A DNA stretch of 64,000 nucleotides from Lama glama (lineage: Eukaryota), in the NCBI GenBank assembly GCA_028534125.1, contig CM052817.1, forward strand, positions 69,442,001 to 69,506,000, read 5' to 3'. Below, piece by piece: positions 25,022 through 35,900 of the stretch (its first letter is position 1; every line of letters starts with the position of its first letter). The translations under genes were made by a program, and so were the position numbers. The notes beneath the pieces are model-generated. The model saw nothing but the letters and a program-made list of their open reading frames with translations, was not told the origin of the DNA and ran no database searches.

Positions 25022-25285
25022 TTTGACTCACAACAGTTCCTTGAGAGTAGTATTCTACCATTCTCATATTACAGATTTAAAAACTGACGTTCAATTTAAT
25101 TCAGAGACTAGCCAAAGGTCACCCAACTAATGAGCCATGGAGCCAGGTCCAAATTATAATTTTCAAAACTGGGGTCTCTTTTCAGAAAGAAACCAAATTT
25201 CTTTATTGCTAATATTTGGTGCAAATTCCAAGTCAGAGAGAGTATGAATTTTGACTTGAGTTGGTAGGGCTGAAAGATGGAAATG
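25022..25285. repeat. Copy 2 of an old local duplication
   Basis: Collinear similarity to 23665-23932, e.g. TGGTGCAAATTCCAAG(A/T)CAGAGAGAG(C/T)ATGAATTTT. Confidence 0.85.
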
Positions 25286-26131
25286 TGCTTGGAATGTATC
25301 CACATCTAGCAAAATTTCCAGGTTTGGAGCTATCTAGATCAGTGTTGCAGGCACCTGCCTAGACTTTTAACCTCTTCTGCCAGCACCAAAAACTTAAAGT
25401 ATATCTGTAGTCAGGCTGTCTTTCAAATGAATAGGTCAGCCTGGAAAAAAAGCAAAAATTATCAACCTTCCAGGCTTTGTGACATGAAAGCCCTCAGATC
25501 TTTTCCAGCAAAGCCCATTAAAAGGATCTTAAGCCCTTGAGGCTGAAAACAAACGTGACATTCTGCTGCATTCAGTAATTATTTGCTTCTGAGCATTTGT
25601 TTGCCATTATTTTCTGTGGCCCCTTTGTAGGATTTGTGTTGAGATCTCCCATATTGACAGACCAAAATGAATTCATTGTAAATTCCTTTGGTGGATGATT
25701 AATACCTTTCTGAACAGAATTCAAAATAGAAGGGTAAAGATAGGCATAGAAAAAAAATAGAGAAGTTGCATTCAATTAATCATTTTTTTTTTCTTTGTCC
25801 ATATGAAATTGGAAGCACAAGATTACTAAAGCAGAGCTGTCCCAGTTAGGAAAAAAATGAAGTATCCTTTTGATTGTCTGGATTTTCATTCAAAAGAATA
25901 CAGATGTCTCTAGCCCAATGTTTTAAATGTATGAAGCCCCTGAATTTATCTTATGGGAAGGTGGTTTACAAAGTATCACATAACTAATAGGTAATTTTGG
26001 CTGAGTTCATATTGCAATTAATATTCAGAAGTGTCCTAATTAACATTAATCAACTAAGTATTGCAAATTTGCCTGAGCAACTTATCTTCATTTTAGAATT
26101 TTCTTCTCCCTATAACTAGTAACAAAAAGGT

Positions 26132-26670
26132 ACTGAGTCAGTTATTTTTGCTGCTTAACAAGTCACCTTCTAAAACTGAGTGTCTTAAAATCACAACTAT
26201 TTAGCTCAAGATTCTGTGGGTCATCGGAGTCATTCTTTTGATTTTAGTTTGGCTCATCTCTCTTGGGTTCTTTCATCAGTTTATGTGTAGCTGGCTGATC
26301 TACTGATGGCTGTGTGTTGAAGGATCTTTCATTCACATGTCTAGCAACTGGCAGGCTGTCAACCAGGATACTGAGGTAACTGGGCCACATGTTCTTCACC
26401 CTCTGGCAGGCTAGCCTAGACTTCTACATATAGTTGCCACAGAGTTCCAAGAACAGTAAGGAATAACAGACCTCACTGCTCAAGTGTTTTTCATGCTTCT
26501 GCTTGTACCATAATTACAAACACCCAACTGACCAAAGCAAGCACATGGAAAAGCCTAGATTCAAAGGGTAGGGAAATAAATGCCACCTTCTTGACAGGAG
26601 GAACTGCGAAGCTACATTGGAAAGAGGAGTGCCTATAGAGAAGAAAAGAATCTGCAGCAATCTACCATAA
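26132..26670 (-). mobile_element. MLT1H/I-like solo LTR
   Basis: TCAGTTATTTTTGCTGCTTAACAAGTCACC...CAGGCTAGCCTAGACTTC...GACCAAAGCAAGCACATGG...AATCTACCA. Confidence 0.8.
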
Positions 26671-27167
26671 AGACAAAGCCTAATACAGTATCATTAATAC
26701 CCAGCCACCAAGAAAAGAAACAGAAAACGCTGCAGCAGTGCTCAGCAACTTAACCCAACCACACCCACAACAATTCACATTGCTGAAAGATAAAACCATA
26801 AGAATTTTTATTAATGCCCCAAATCTAGATGGAATGACATTAAATGTGTGTCCTTCCCTTGTTCCTTTTCCCAAGATGTAGTAGACTGTGCAGAAGGTTA
26901 AAAGATGGTTTTGACTTTCTCTTACAGAAGTGAGAGTCCTACTACTACTCCCAGGTAAGAAATAATCTGAAAGTTCGGAATATTTCAGCAGAGAACGGAG
27001 CCCAGGTGTTTTAACAAAGACTAAATGCTCCCTCTCCTCCTTTCTTCCTCTCCTCTTCTGCTTCCCTCTCTTCCCCCAATAGTTTGTAGTTTGGAAAACA
27101 CAAATAATGTTGAGAGTCAAAAAGTTACCAGCTCTATATAACAGCAAATTGAATTTCTAGACAAAGC

Positions 27168-28176
27168 TGTTAGCGGATGGAGGGACCCCTAAGTTAGGGA
27201 CCCACCAGAGTGGCTGTGAAAGAATTTGAGCAGCAAAGGCAGAGGGATGAGATGAACAGCCGCTTTATTGCTGAGAAGGGGAAATGGAAGGAAAGCGCTC
27301 CAGCAGGAAGAGGGGAAGAAAAGCACTTAAGTGAGGATGAAGCAGCTTGAGAGGGAAGATATCAGCCAAGACAGTCCGTAAAGACAGCTCCAGCCCGGGT
27401 CAGGCCATGTGGACTTTTATGGGAGGCTTCTGTCATCATGTCCCCCTTCCAGGTGTGATGGAGCCAATCAGTCCTTGTATGGACTCTTCCAGTTGTTGTC
27501 ATGGCAATCGTCAACTGTCATGGCACTGGTGGGTGTGTCATTTAGCATGCTAATACATTACAATGAAGGTATACAATGAACATATAATGAGGCTTAAGGT
27601 GTACTGGAGGTCAAATCCTCCACCATTTTTGACTCAGTTGGTTCTAATCAGTTTTTGTTTCTTCTCTGCAGCTGCCTCTTGAGACTTAGATAAGAGTAAT
27701 TGATTTCTAGTAGAGGGAGGGACAGGGGTATGATCCTGGGGGTAACAGCCTTGGTAATGTGAAGGAAAAGCCGGGCTGGGCTAACAAGATAACTCACAAA
27801 TCTAAGTATTGGAATACTGATCTGAGTTCTGCTAGACTAACTTGTAAATCTAGGTTAATTAGTGTTGGTTTGCTGTTCATGCTTTTTGCTAGCCAGCTGG
27901 GTTTTCAAAGATACGTATCTGGCTTTGGAATGTTGGTTTGCTGCCTCCCCGCCTCCACTTTTGTGATGATAATGCTGCTAAAGCTGTTCCATGCCTATTG
28001 GCCTAATACCCCAAGCTTGTACTTTACCCTATAAAACCTCATGCGCACGTCTTGGAGGTGCTCAGAGCTTCGGAGCAGAAGCCCCTCTGAGCCCGCCGGC
28101 GGAATACATCTGAGTATTCCAACCCTCCGAGTGGTGCTTGTTTCTTGACTGGCCTGTCGTTTCCGTAACAGTAACA
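27168..28176 (-). mobile_element. Middle ERV1-type solo LTR, interrupted 2 bp from its terminus
   Basis: TGTTAGCGG start and ...GGTAA/CA end. Minus-strand AATAAA (TTTATT 27264-27269). GTCAACTGTCATGGCACTGGTGGGTGTGTCATTTAGCATGCTAAT motif. Confidence 0.75.
27758..28170 (+). mobile_element. Younger 413-bp ERV1-type solo LTR
   Basis: TG...CA termini. Perfect 4-bp TSD GTAA (27754-27757 and 28171-28174). TATAAAA at about 28030 and an AATACA poly(A)-signal variant at about 28103. CpGs are retained. Confidence 0.88.
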
Positions 28177-28529
28177 AGAAGGAAAGTTGCTTTTAACCAG
28201 AATGGCTGCAATCTGGTGGACCCATCTCCAAAGATTCTGTTTAGCCCTGAAAGTTCTAAAGGGAAATGAGGGAGTAATCTCAGTTAATCACTGAGATAGG
28301 TGGTCAGAGTTGTTCCCATCCCCCAATGCCTTCAGGCTTGTCCTAATCAACTGCTAGAGCCTGCTCTTCTGTGACTCAGAGAGGCCTGGGAGACTTCAGC
28401 TTTTCTACAAACAAGATGCAGGGGTAGGGGGAGCTAAAGGAGTCCTGCCTCCTTTCTAAGCCACTTAAGCATGAATAAAATCCTATGAAACAACAGAGAA
28501 ACTATGAGAGAGAGAAAGAGAGAGATCAT

Positions 28530-29500
28530 ACAAAAGACTAAGGATGTAGACTAGAAGAAAATAACTCAAGTACAGAACATTTCTTATAATTTAATAAGCC
28601 CATAAATTCAACATAATAAAAGCTTAAAGACAAAATGATAATCATTAGAATGGCACATGACATAGAAAGGGAAATTCAATCATAAAGTGTTAAGGGCAAA
28701 AAACAAAATAATTTTAGAATTAATGCACAGATTTCAAAGATAAACCAATTCAATAGGTATCACTACTGGAAAGCTAATTATTGTCAAAGAGGAAAAACTT
28801 GAGATAATCACAGAGGCTGCACATGAAAAAGAGAGATAACAGCATTTTGAGAGAAATTAATGAAAGAGAAAAGCGAAGATGATCCAATGAAGGATAATTG
28901 TTATCCACAAAGTAAAAAGTCCAATAAATGGAATCAAATTTCTTTCTATTTAATGATGTAATAAAAGAAGATTTTCTGGAATAAAGAAAAATTGAACTTG
29001 CCATTGGAAAAATAAGTGCAATATATTCCAAAATTACAACACTGATATATACACTAGCTAAGATCCTCTAAGATCCTATTCGTTTAAGAAGGAATAAGGA
29101 AAGAACTCTGCAAGCATCCAGGTTTTAAAGCAAGTCACTTACAAGGGAAAAAAATTAGGTTGGTCTCAAATTAGGTTGGATTTTCCTTAGCAATATTCTA
29201 TACCAGAAGATAATAGAGCAATAGCAACAAAATTCTGAGGGAAAGTGTGATCAATGAATATTGTGCTTAATTTAAATGGCATTCAAGTATAAAGGTAATA
29301 AATAGGCAATCATTTTCAAATGTGAAAGAATTTAAGGAATATATAATCCATAAGCCTTTCAAAAATCTACTTGACAAATATATCTACTCAAAAGAAAACT
29401 CAAAAATAAAGAACCCAGGAATAACAAAGTCCTGGCAGTAGTTTAAAATAAAGAATTAATTTTTAAGATTCTATGAGGAGCATGGTTACTAAAACAAATG
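28530..29500 (+). mobile_element. Ancient L1/HAL1-type ORF1 remnant
   Basis: A-rich with ORF1-like motifs (CAAGTCACTTACAAGGGAAAAAAATTAGGTTGGTCTCA; CTTAGCAATATTCTATACCAGAAGA). Confidence 0.65.
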
Positions 29501-31249
29501 GGTATTAAGAGCTTGTATGATGAAGAAAAACTAAGAAAACTGACTATGAGATCAGTTAACACTCAGCCCTTTTAACAGGGAGTTAGTCACCACTACCTAA
29601 AATTTAAGCAAATGGTTAAAAAAATTTAAAGACATAATGTCTCCTACTTCTTTATATTTTTCCATCATCTATTTTCTTTACCTTGCAGGATATTTTAGGA
29701 AAACATCTTTTGTGCTGAAGCCATAGTTAGATATACATCTGTATCTGTAAAGCTATCTGTCTATATATATGTAAAAATATATTGTGCATATACATCCATA
29801 GTATGAAGTTTTGATTCTTTTATATTTCAATTCCACTTGATTTTTTAATGTTTATTTCAAATTTTAATCACAAATAGTATCAATAACATGATCTAATTTT
29901 TATAAAAGTATCTATATCTTCTGCATCTTTCTTCTTTATATTATGTAAATAAAAAGATGTCTGTAATGATGTTTGCTAAATGTTAATGATGTTTGTTTTT
30001 TGGTAGTGGGAGTGACTGAATTTTTTCAATCTTTTGAATTCTACTTTGTCTGCATTGTTTGGAGTCATAGTACAGATATATATCAATTTTACAAAAATGG
30101 TAAAGTGATTTTTCATTAAAACAGAAAATAATAAAAATAGGAAGCAAATGCAGCAAAATGTCAATGGTGGTTCATTCTTGCTGGTGGAAAATAAGTGATT
30201 ATATATAACATTACATTTTTTGTGATACTTTCCTATGATTTTTTTTCAATTTCTAAAACTTAATTTTCATTTTAATTTGGAGGGAAAATGAATATGAATC
30301 ACAAAAACTGATGTCTACTGATTTTTTTTTTTTTGGGGTCCTCTGCTTGTGTTATAGCTCACACCTCCAGTGAAGTTTCTGTTTTAGAATGCATCCTCCT
30401 CTTTGTTACCAGATACAAGAGTGGATGCCTTGACTAAGCTTCACCAAGAATTATACCACATCCTGGGGAAAACAAAAACTGTTAAACATTTGACTTACAG
30501 CCATACTGCAGTCTGATTAATATGAGAAAGCAGGATTTTAGCTCCAAATCCTGTTAAAGAGATACCTATGAATGATGCATGCAATGCGGCATATTACAAG
30601 GGCAAGATGACAGTGGAAATAAGGAGGAGAACACCAGAGAACTGCATAGGACTTCTGTGAAGTAAGGTTAAGTCTGTGATTGCAGTGAAATCATAAGCAC
30701 CTTTAGCAAGATGCTAGAAGGGCAGGATTATGTAAAAGAACAGTAATAACCACAAGCCCAGCACTAATTGTTCTGCTACTGAAATGCAAACTATGGGCAA
30801 TAAGTAAGACTTGGAATGAAAATAAAAACTTGGAGCAATAATGACTAACATCCGGAGAGACAGAGAGAAAGTAATCTGGTAAGAAGCTGCCATTAAACCC
30901 CTTCAATTCTTTCCTCCCTCCTGCCTCTGCCTCAGTGGTTAGAAGTCTTTCTAGAGAATCTTTGTCTCTAGGAGGCAGAAATGCAAATTCAACCAGACCT
31001 GGAGACTGTGAATCCAGGAGTGCTCTGTGAGATCTTTGAGCAAGTCAGAGATGCCTAAGCAAGTCCTACATGAGGAGACGATAAAAATACCATCACAGTG
31101 AGAACCTAAAAAAGCTAGTATACAAACAACTAAAAGCAACTCTGTATTGTCAAAAGAATCCAAAATAATACTAACTCTATCCTTGTTTTTAAGTGGTAAT
31201 TAGTAAGGAACTATGTCCTGATAAATCTTCTCTTCCAAGAAACGTGCCT

Positions 31250-31410
31250 TGCATTGGTGGGCTCATATACACAGAGAGCATTTATTACTAATCCAATTTT
31301 ATAGAGAAATTACAGAATTCACAGACAAACTAAGCAACGTCCTCGAGGCCATGAAGAGTCAGGATTCAAACCTAACCAGCTCTGACTCCAAAGTTCTTTC
31401 TACCACCTAA
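31250..31410 (-). mobile_element. MIR fragment
   Basis: GAGTCAGGATTCAAACCTAACCAGCTCTGACTCCAAAG. Confidence 0.65.
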
Positions 31411-32396
31411 CATTAGAAGTCAGTGATACTTAATAATAAGTACAGAAATTGAGTTTATTTTATAATGTGATAAAGCTGGAAAACCCTGGAGTGGAACCCT
31501 AAAGAAGTGCCAAGGGATTTTTTTTTATTATAATTAATCTGGACCTAATTCCATTTTAAGGTGTGGTTTTTAAATGGATGATTCAAAAATAATTAAATTG
31601 TGGTTTTGAAAAATACTTACTTTAGCCAAAGCAGAGGCAGATCCTGATGATAAAGGAATGATGTCGATGAAATGAATTTCTGTACTTGAAAATAACCTTA
31701 GTGAGATCTAGACCAATTTTGACAAAAGAACTTGAAACACATCTAATGTTTGTTATAATAGAGTTAAGTATCAACACATTCCCTTTAAACTTCTTCCAGA
31801 TAGTCTATTAAAAAAGACGCATTTTCAAAAGAAAAAAGATGCATTCTACAGCCAAGCTATAAACGACCACATATTGGTCAAATCTACCATGGAAATACTA
31901 GAAATACTTCCAAAAATTACTCTTTTCTGTAGTTGTGAAAGCAATTCATCTGCAGAAAGTGTTTCTAAGACATCATCATATCCTAAAGTGAATTTTTTTT
32001 CAATTTTCAATATTTCATATTTACAAGCAGTCTAGGTATAGTATCTCACACTGAGATATCCTTTTTTCTATGCTTTTTAGTTGGGAATGCTTCGTTTGAC
32101 CACTTAACTGTAATCTTGTCTCATATCTTTTATATTCTATTCTGCCCACTGAAGCTGAGTCACAAAGAGCTTTCGAAAGACTACTGGGTACAGAATTAAA
32201 AGAATTTTATATCAAACTGAGTAGTAATCAGATCAATAGAGCTGTGTAAATTCCATAGAATAAGGATCATTTTCTACCCTAATCCCAGTGCCTAAAAGAG
32301 TGAATGGGCATTAGAACAGCATTTTTTGAAAGTGAAAATAACATGCTTTAACTATACCATAGGATTATTGTGAAGATTAATAGAGGAAGTACTTTT

Positions 32397-32953
32397 TTTT
32401 AAATTAGTAAACATAATTTTAGAGCAGTTTTAGGTTCACAGAAAAACTGAGCAGAAAACAGAGTTTTCATATATTTTCTGTTCCTACACGCACATCACAA
32501 CCTTCACCACCATGGACATCCCGCACTACAGTGGTATATTTGCTTTAACTGATGAACCTACATTGACATGTCATTATTACCTAAAGCCCATAGTTCAGTG
32601 TTCACTTCTGTGTCATACATTCTATGGGTTTGGACAAGTGTATAATGACATGTATCCACCACTGTAGTATCTTATAGAATAGTTTTACTGCCCTAAAAAT
32701 CTTTGGTATTCCACCTATTCATCCCATCCTCCTTCCTAACCCCAGCAACCACTAGTCTTTTTATTGTCTCCAAGGTTTTATATTTCCTAGGATGTCATAT
32801 AGTGGAAATTCTACAGTATATAACCTGTTTAGATTGGCTTCTTTCACTTAACAATATGCATTTAAGATTCCTCTATGAATTTTCATGGCTTGATAGCTCA
32901 TTTCTTTTTAGTGCTGAATAATATTTCATTGTCTGGATACACCAGTTTATTTA
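32397..32953 (-). mobile_element. L1MC1-like 3' end inserted into a MIR
   Basis: TTTTAGAGCAGTTTTAGGTTCACAG...GATTGGCTTCTTTCACTTAACAATATGCATTTAAG. Perfect 11-bp TSD GAAGTACTTTT at 32386-32396 and 32954-32964. Confidence 0.9.
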
Positions 32954-35900
32954 GAAGTACTTTTAATCTATAAAACATAACACTGGTTATCATTACAACC
33001 ATTGTGATTGCTGAAGTGACATTTCAACATTAGTCAGCTTGACTGTTCCTCAACTCCTGGTTTTGGGGTCATGGAAACCTACTGATTTCTCATTTTTCAT
33101 CAACAAAAGGAGAGTGTAAAAGTATGTTCAAGACATTGGCTGAGGCATATCCAAATATCACACCTGTAAAGCAGTCAGTTTGTAACTGTTTCTCCATAGA
33201 GTGCTAATGTGGATTGAACTTGATGTCAAATAGTCACACATCCTTTCACAGAGAGACTGACTAAGAGAATTTCCAGACAAATAAATGTTCCTTTTTCCTC
33301 ACCCCCAAAGATCAATTTAATATCAAACCCATTAAACCTAGTACTGAAAATTTGAAAAGGGAAAGATGAAGTGTGAATTTATATCTTGTCTGATATGGAC
33401 CCAAGCCTAAGACTGAGTATATTCCAAAACAGCACCAAAGCAAGATTTTGAGCCTAGAGGAACAGCAGTGTCCCTGTGGTCTTCCAAGCCAAGAATAGCT
33501 GAACATGAGATAAAGGTTCCTCCTTCCTGGATGGTAGAACACAATCAGAATGTCTCTAGAAAGTGGAGTGAAAGGTGTGATTCGCTTTGCTAGTTCACTC
33601 TTTGACATTTTTGTCTCACAGGATTCCATTGGGTGCCATCTTTATGAAGTTCTGGGCTCCTGTTTCATTTTATTTTTTAGCAAGCCAAAATCATTTGATG
33701 TATCAAATTTAACCTCTAGCTGACATATAATCAGGTCCCCCTTGTTAGAGTCAGCCCACACTGATAAGAAAGGGAGCAGAGTGCTTTACTGGGAGCATGA
33801 CCTGTATCTTTCAAAATTTGATTATTACCCAGTTCAAGAAAAGATACTGAAATAGAAAAGATCAGGAAAGAAAAAGAAATCTCACAGAAAATAGAAACAT
33901 GACATGTTTCAGAGACATCTGTGTTTTCTGGGTCATCTTTTAAACCAGGTACCAGGATAACTCATTTAACCAAAATTATATCACTCTCTTGTTGGTATTC
34001 AGGGTTGCAGATTCCAAGAGATATGACACAGCTTTTTTCTTTTTTCTGCATTTGGGGGGGGTTGGTATTTACAAGAGTCATTCATTTCAAGCATAACAAG
34101 ATTTTAGACCTTTTAATTCAATATTAAGTTGGTAAATGTTATGTTCATAGTGATACATGTGGTCTACCTAAAGAAAGAAGCAATTCTCATAATTTTTGAA
34201 AGTAGGCAGAAGGTCCATGTGTTATTTCAGATCCTTTGTTTTAGAGCCACAGTTCCATTACTCATTCCTTCATTCAGTTTTCAAAGTACCTACTGGAACT
34301 TTAGCAGGTGAAGCAGGAGAATACAGTAATAGCTTTCAACTTTGGTTCCATAAAAATTATCCTGGGCTTCTAGGAAAGAATAGCAAAGGTGGATTGTGCT
34401 TCTTGAGGCCATTATTCTTCGTGGCAATTGTCCTTTAATGATGATGATTATGTCAAAACATTTGAGGTATAATCTCTTTTATCTAAACTTACTACATCGA
34501 CAAGCTTATAGCTTTATATAAGGACTGCCTCCGGCAGCCCCAGTTAATTCTGGCACAAGACGATTGTCTTAAAAGAATGAAATTTTATTTACCTTGCTCT
34601 TATCATCACTACTTTCAACATCTACTATTAACTAATTTTGAATCTACTTGAGACTTATTCGAGTTAAATTTAATTCCATTAGTCTTTCATTTTTATTCAT
34701 TTTATTCATTCCCATTATTGTAAAGTCAAAACTAAAACTAAAATTAAAAAATAAATAAAACATAAAATTAAAAAGATTTTTCTTTGATCTCTAAATGAAG
34801 TTAAAGCAATTTCAGTTTTTAGCTCAGGAGTTGCACCACAAGCATAAGGTAAGTACAGGAAACAGAGGGTCAATTTTACAAAGAATAATTAAAGAACTTC
34901 TCACACTCCTCTTGTCTTAGAAGAGATTTTCCATATATCAACATATAATTTCCTGACTATGTCAGAGCTCTCAGATATTGTCCTAAAATAGCTAGAATAA
35001 TCTAGATCCTAGAGCAGTAAAAATTTCCTCCATAGTTGGTTATTCCTGGGAAACAAAGCTTACCTTTTACTCTTGCTATTTTCAATTCTGTCACAGAATC
35101 ACAAACCCCTTTTACTCCTTACATTGCTCTTGGATACTGCAGAACACATGTACATGGCTCTGATTCAGCTAGATACTGAAAGAAATATATGATGCATTCT
35201 ATATTGGAAATTATTTGTTAGATTTAATACTGTTAAATCATTAAAACATAGTTCCAATGAAGCAAATTGATAGGATTTCATTATGCATAAGGAAAAGAAT
35301 TTCTTGTAATAAAAGTTTTTTTTGTTTAGGCATTTTTATTCATTTAGGCTTCTTGGACAATTGTTTCTTCCAATTATTTTTACTCTTTAATAACTATGTA
35401 GTAAATGTTGTGTTTTCCTTGGTCTAAAATACATCCTATCAACAATTAACCCACACTACAAAGTAAATACTGAAGGTCATAGTTAATAATTTTTTTTTAA
35501 ATAAGAGAAAAGGATTTGGGGGAAAGATTGTCAGTAAATAAAAAGTGCTAGATCACTGACATTTCTTGTTTATGTTATAGGGTTTTCCTTAAACAAAAAT
35601 CAGCATGCGTTTACTGATATAATTTCCATATAATGACTTATTGCATGTGTATCTGAGAACTAACAAAAGTTGCAGGAATCAAAATCCCTTTCTAGTAAAC
35701 TACCTCCTCTAGGAAAAGAGGGTGTTAATAAGAAGGAGTCACATCTATGAAATTGCTAAGCAAACACTAAAGGGGATGATAGATACCACTTTCACGATTA
35801 ATGTGGTCTTATCATCTACTTCTGCTGGGTTCAGTTTCTGTTTTCTCATTTTCTGGTTCAAAGTAATAAAACAAGTTAGTAAAAAGATGGAGAAGCAATT

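Larger units (their letters stand above)
27108..28457 (-). mobile_element. Outer ERV1-type LTR, split into 27108-27167 and 28177-28457
   Basis: Begins TGTTGAGAG. Resumes AGAAGGAAAGTTGCTTTTAACCAGAATG...GTAATCTCAGTTAATCACTGAGATAGG...CTTTTCTACAAACAAG. Resembles cetartiodactyl LTRs from recall. Confidence 0.6.

Noticed and set aside
26680..27147. 155-aa minus-strand ORF
   Set aside because: Starts inside an LTR, crosses a low-complexity purine/pyrimidine tract and has no recognisable homology.
29058..29180. Micro-duplications (CTAAGATCCT x2; AAATTAGGTTGG x2)
   Set aside because: Ordinary slippage events inside a dead L1/HAL1 remnant.
34823..34854. Plus-strand micro-exon candidate (TTTTTAG...AAG|GTAAGT)
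   Set aside because: Isolated 26-nt candidate with no partner exons. Such motifs are common by chance.
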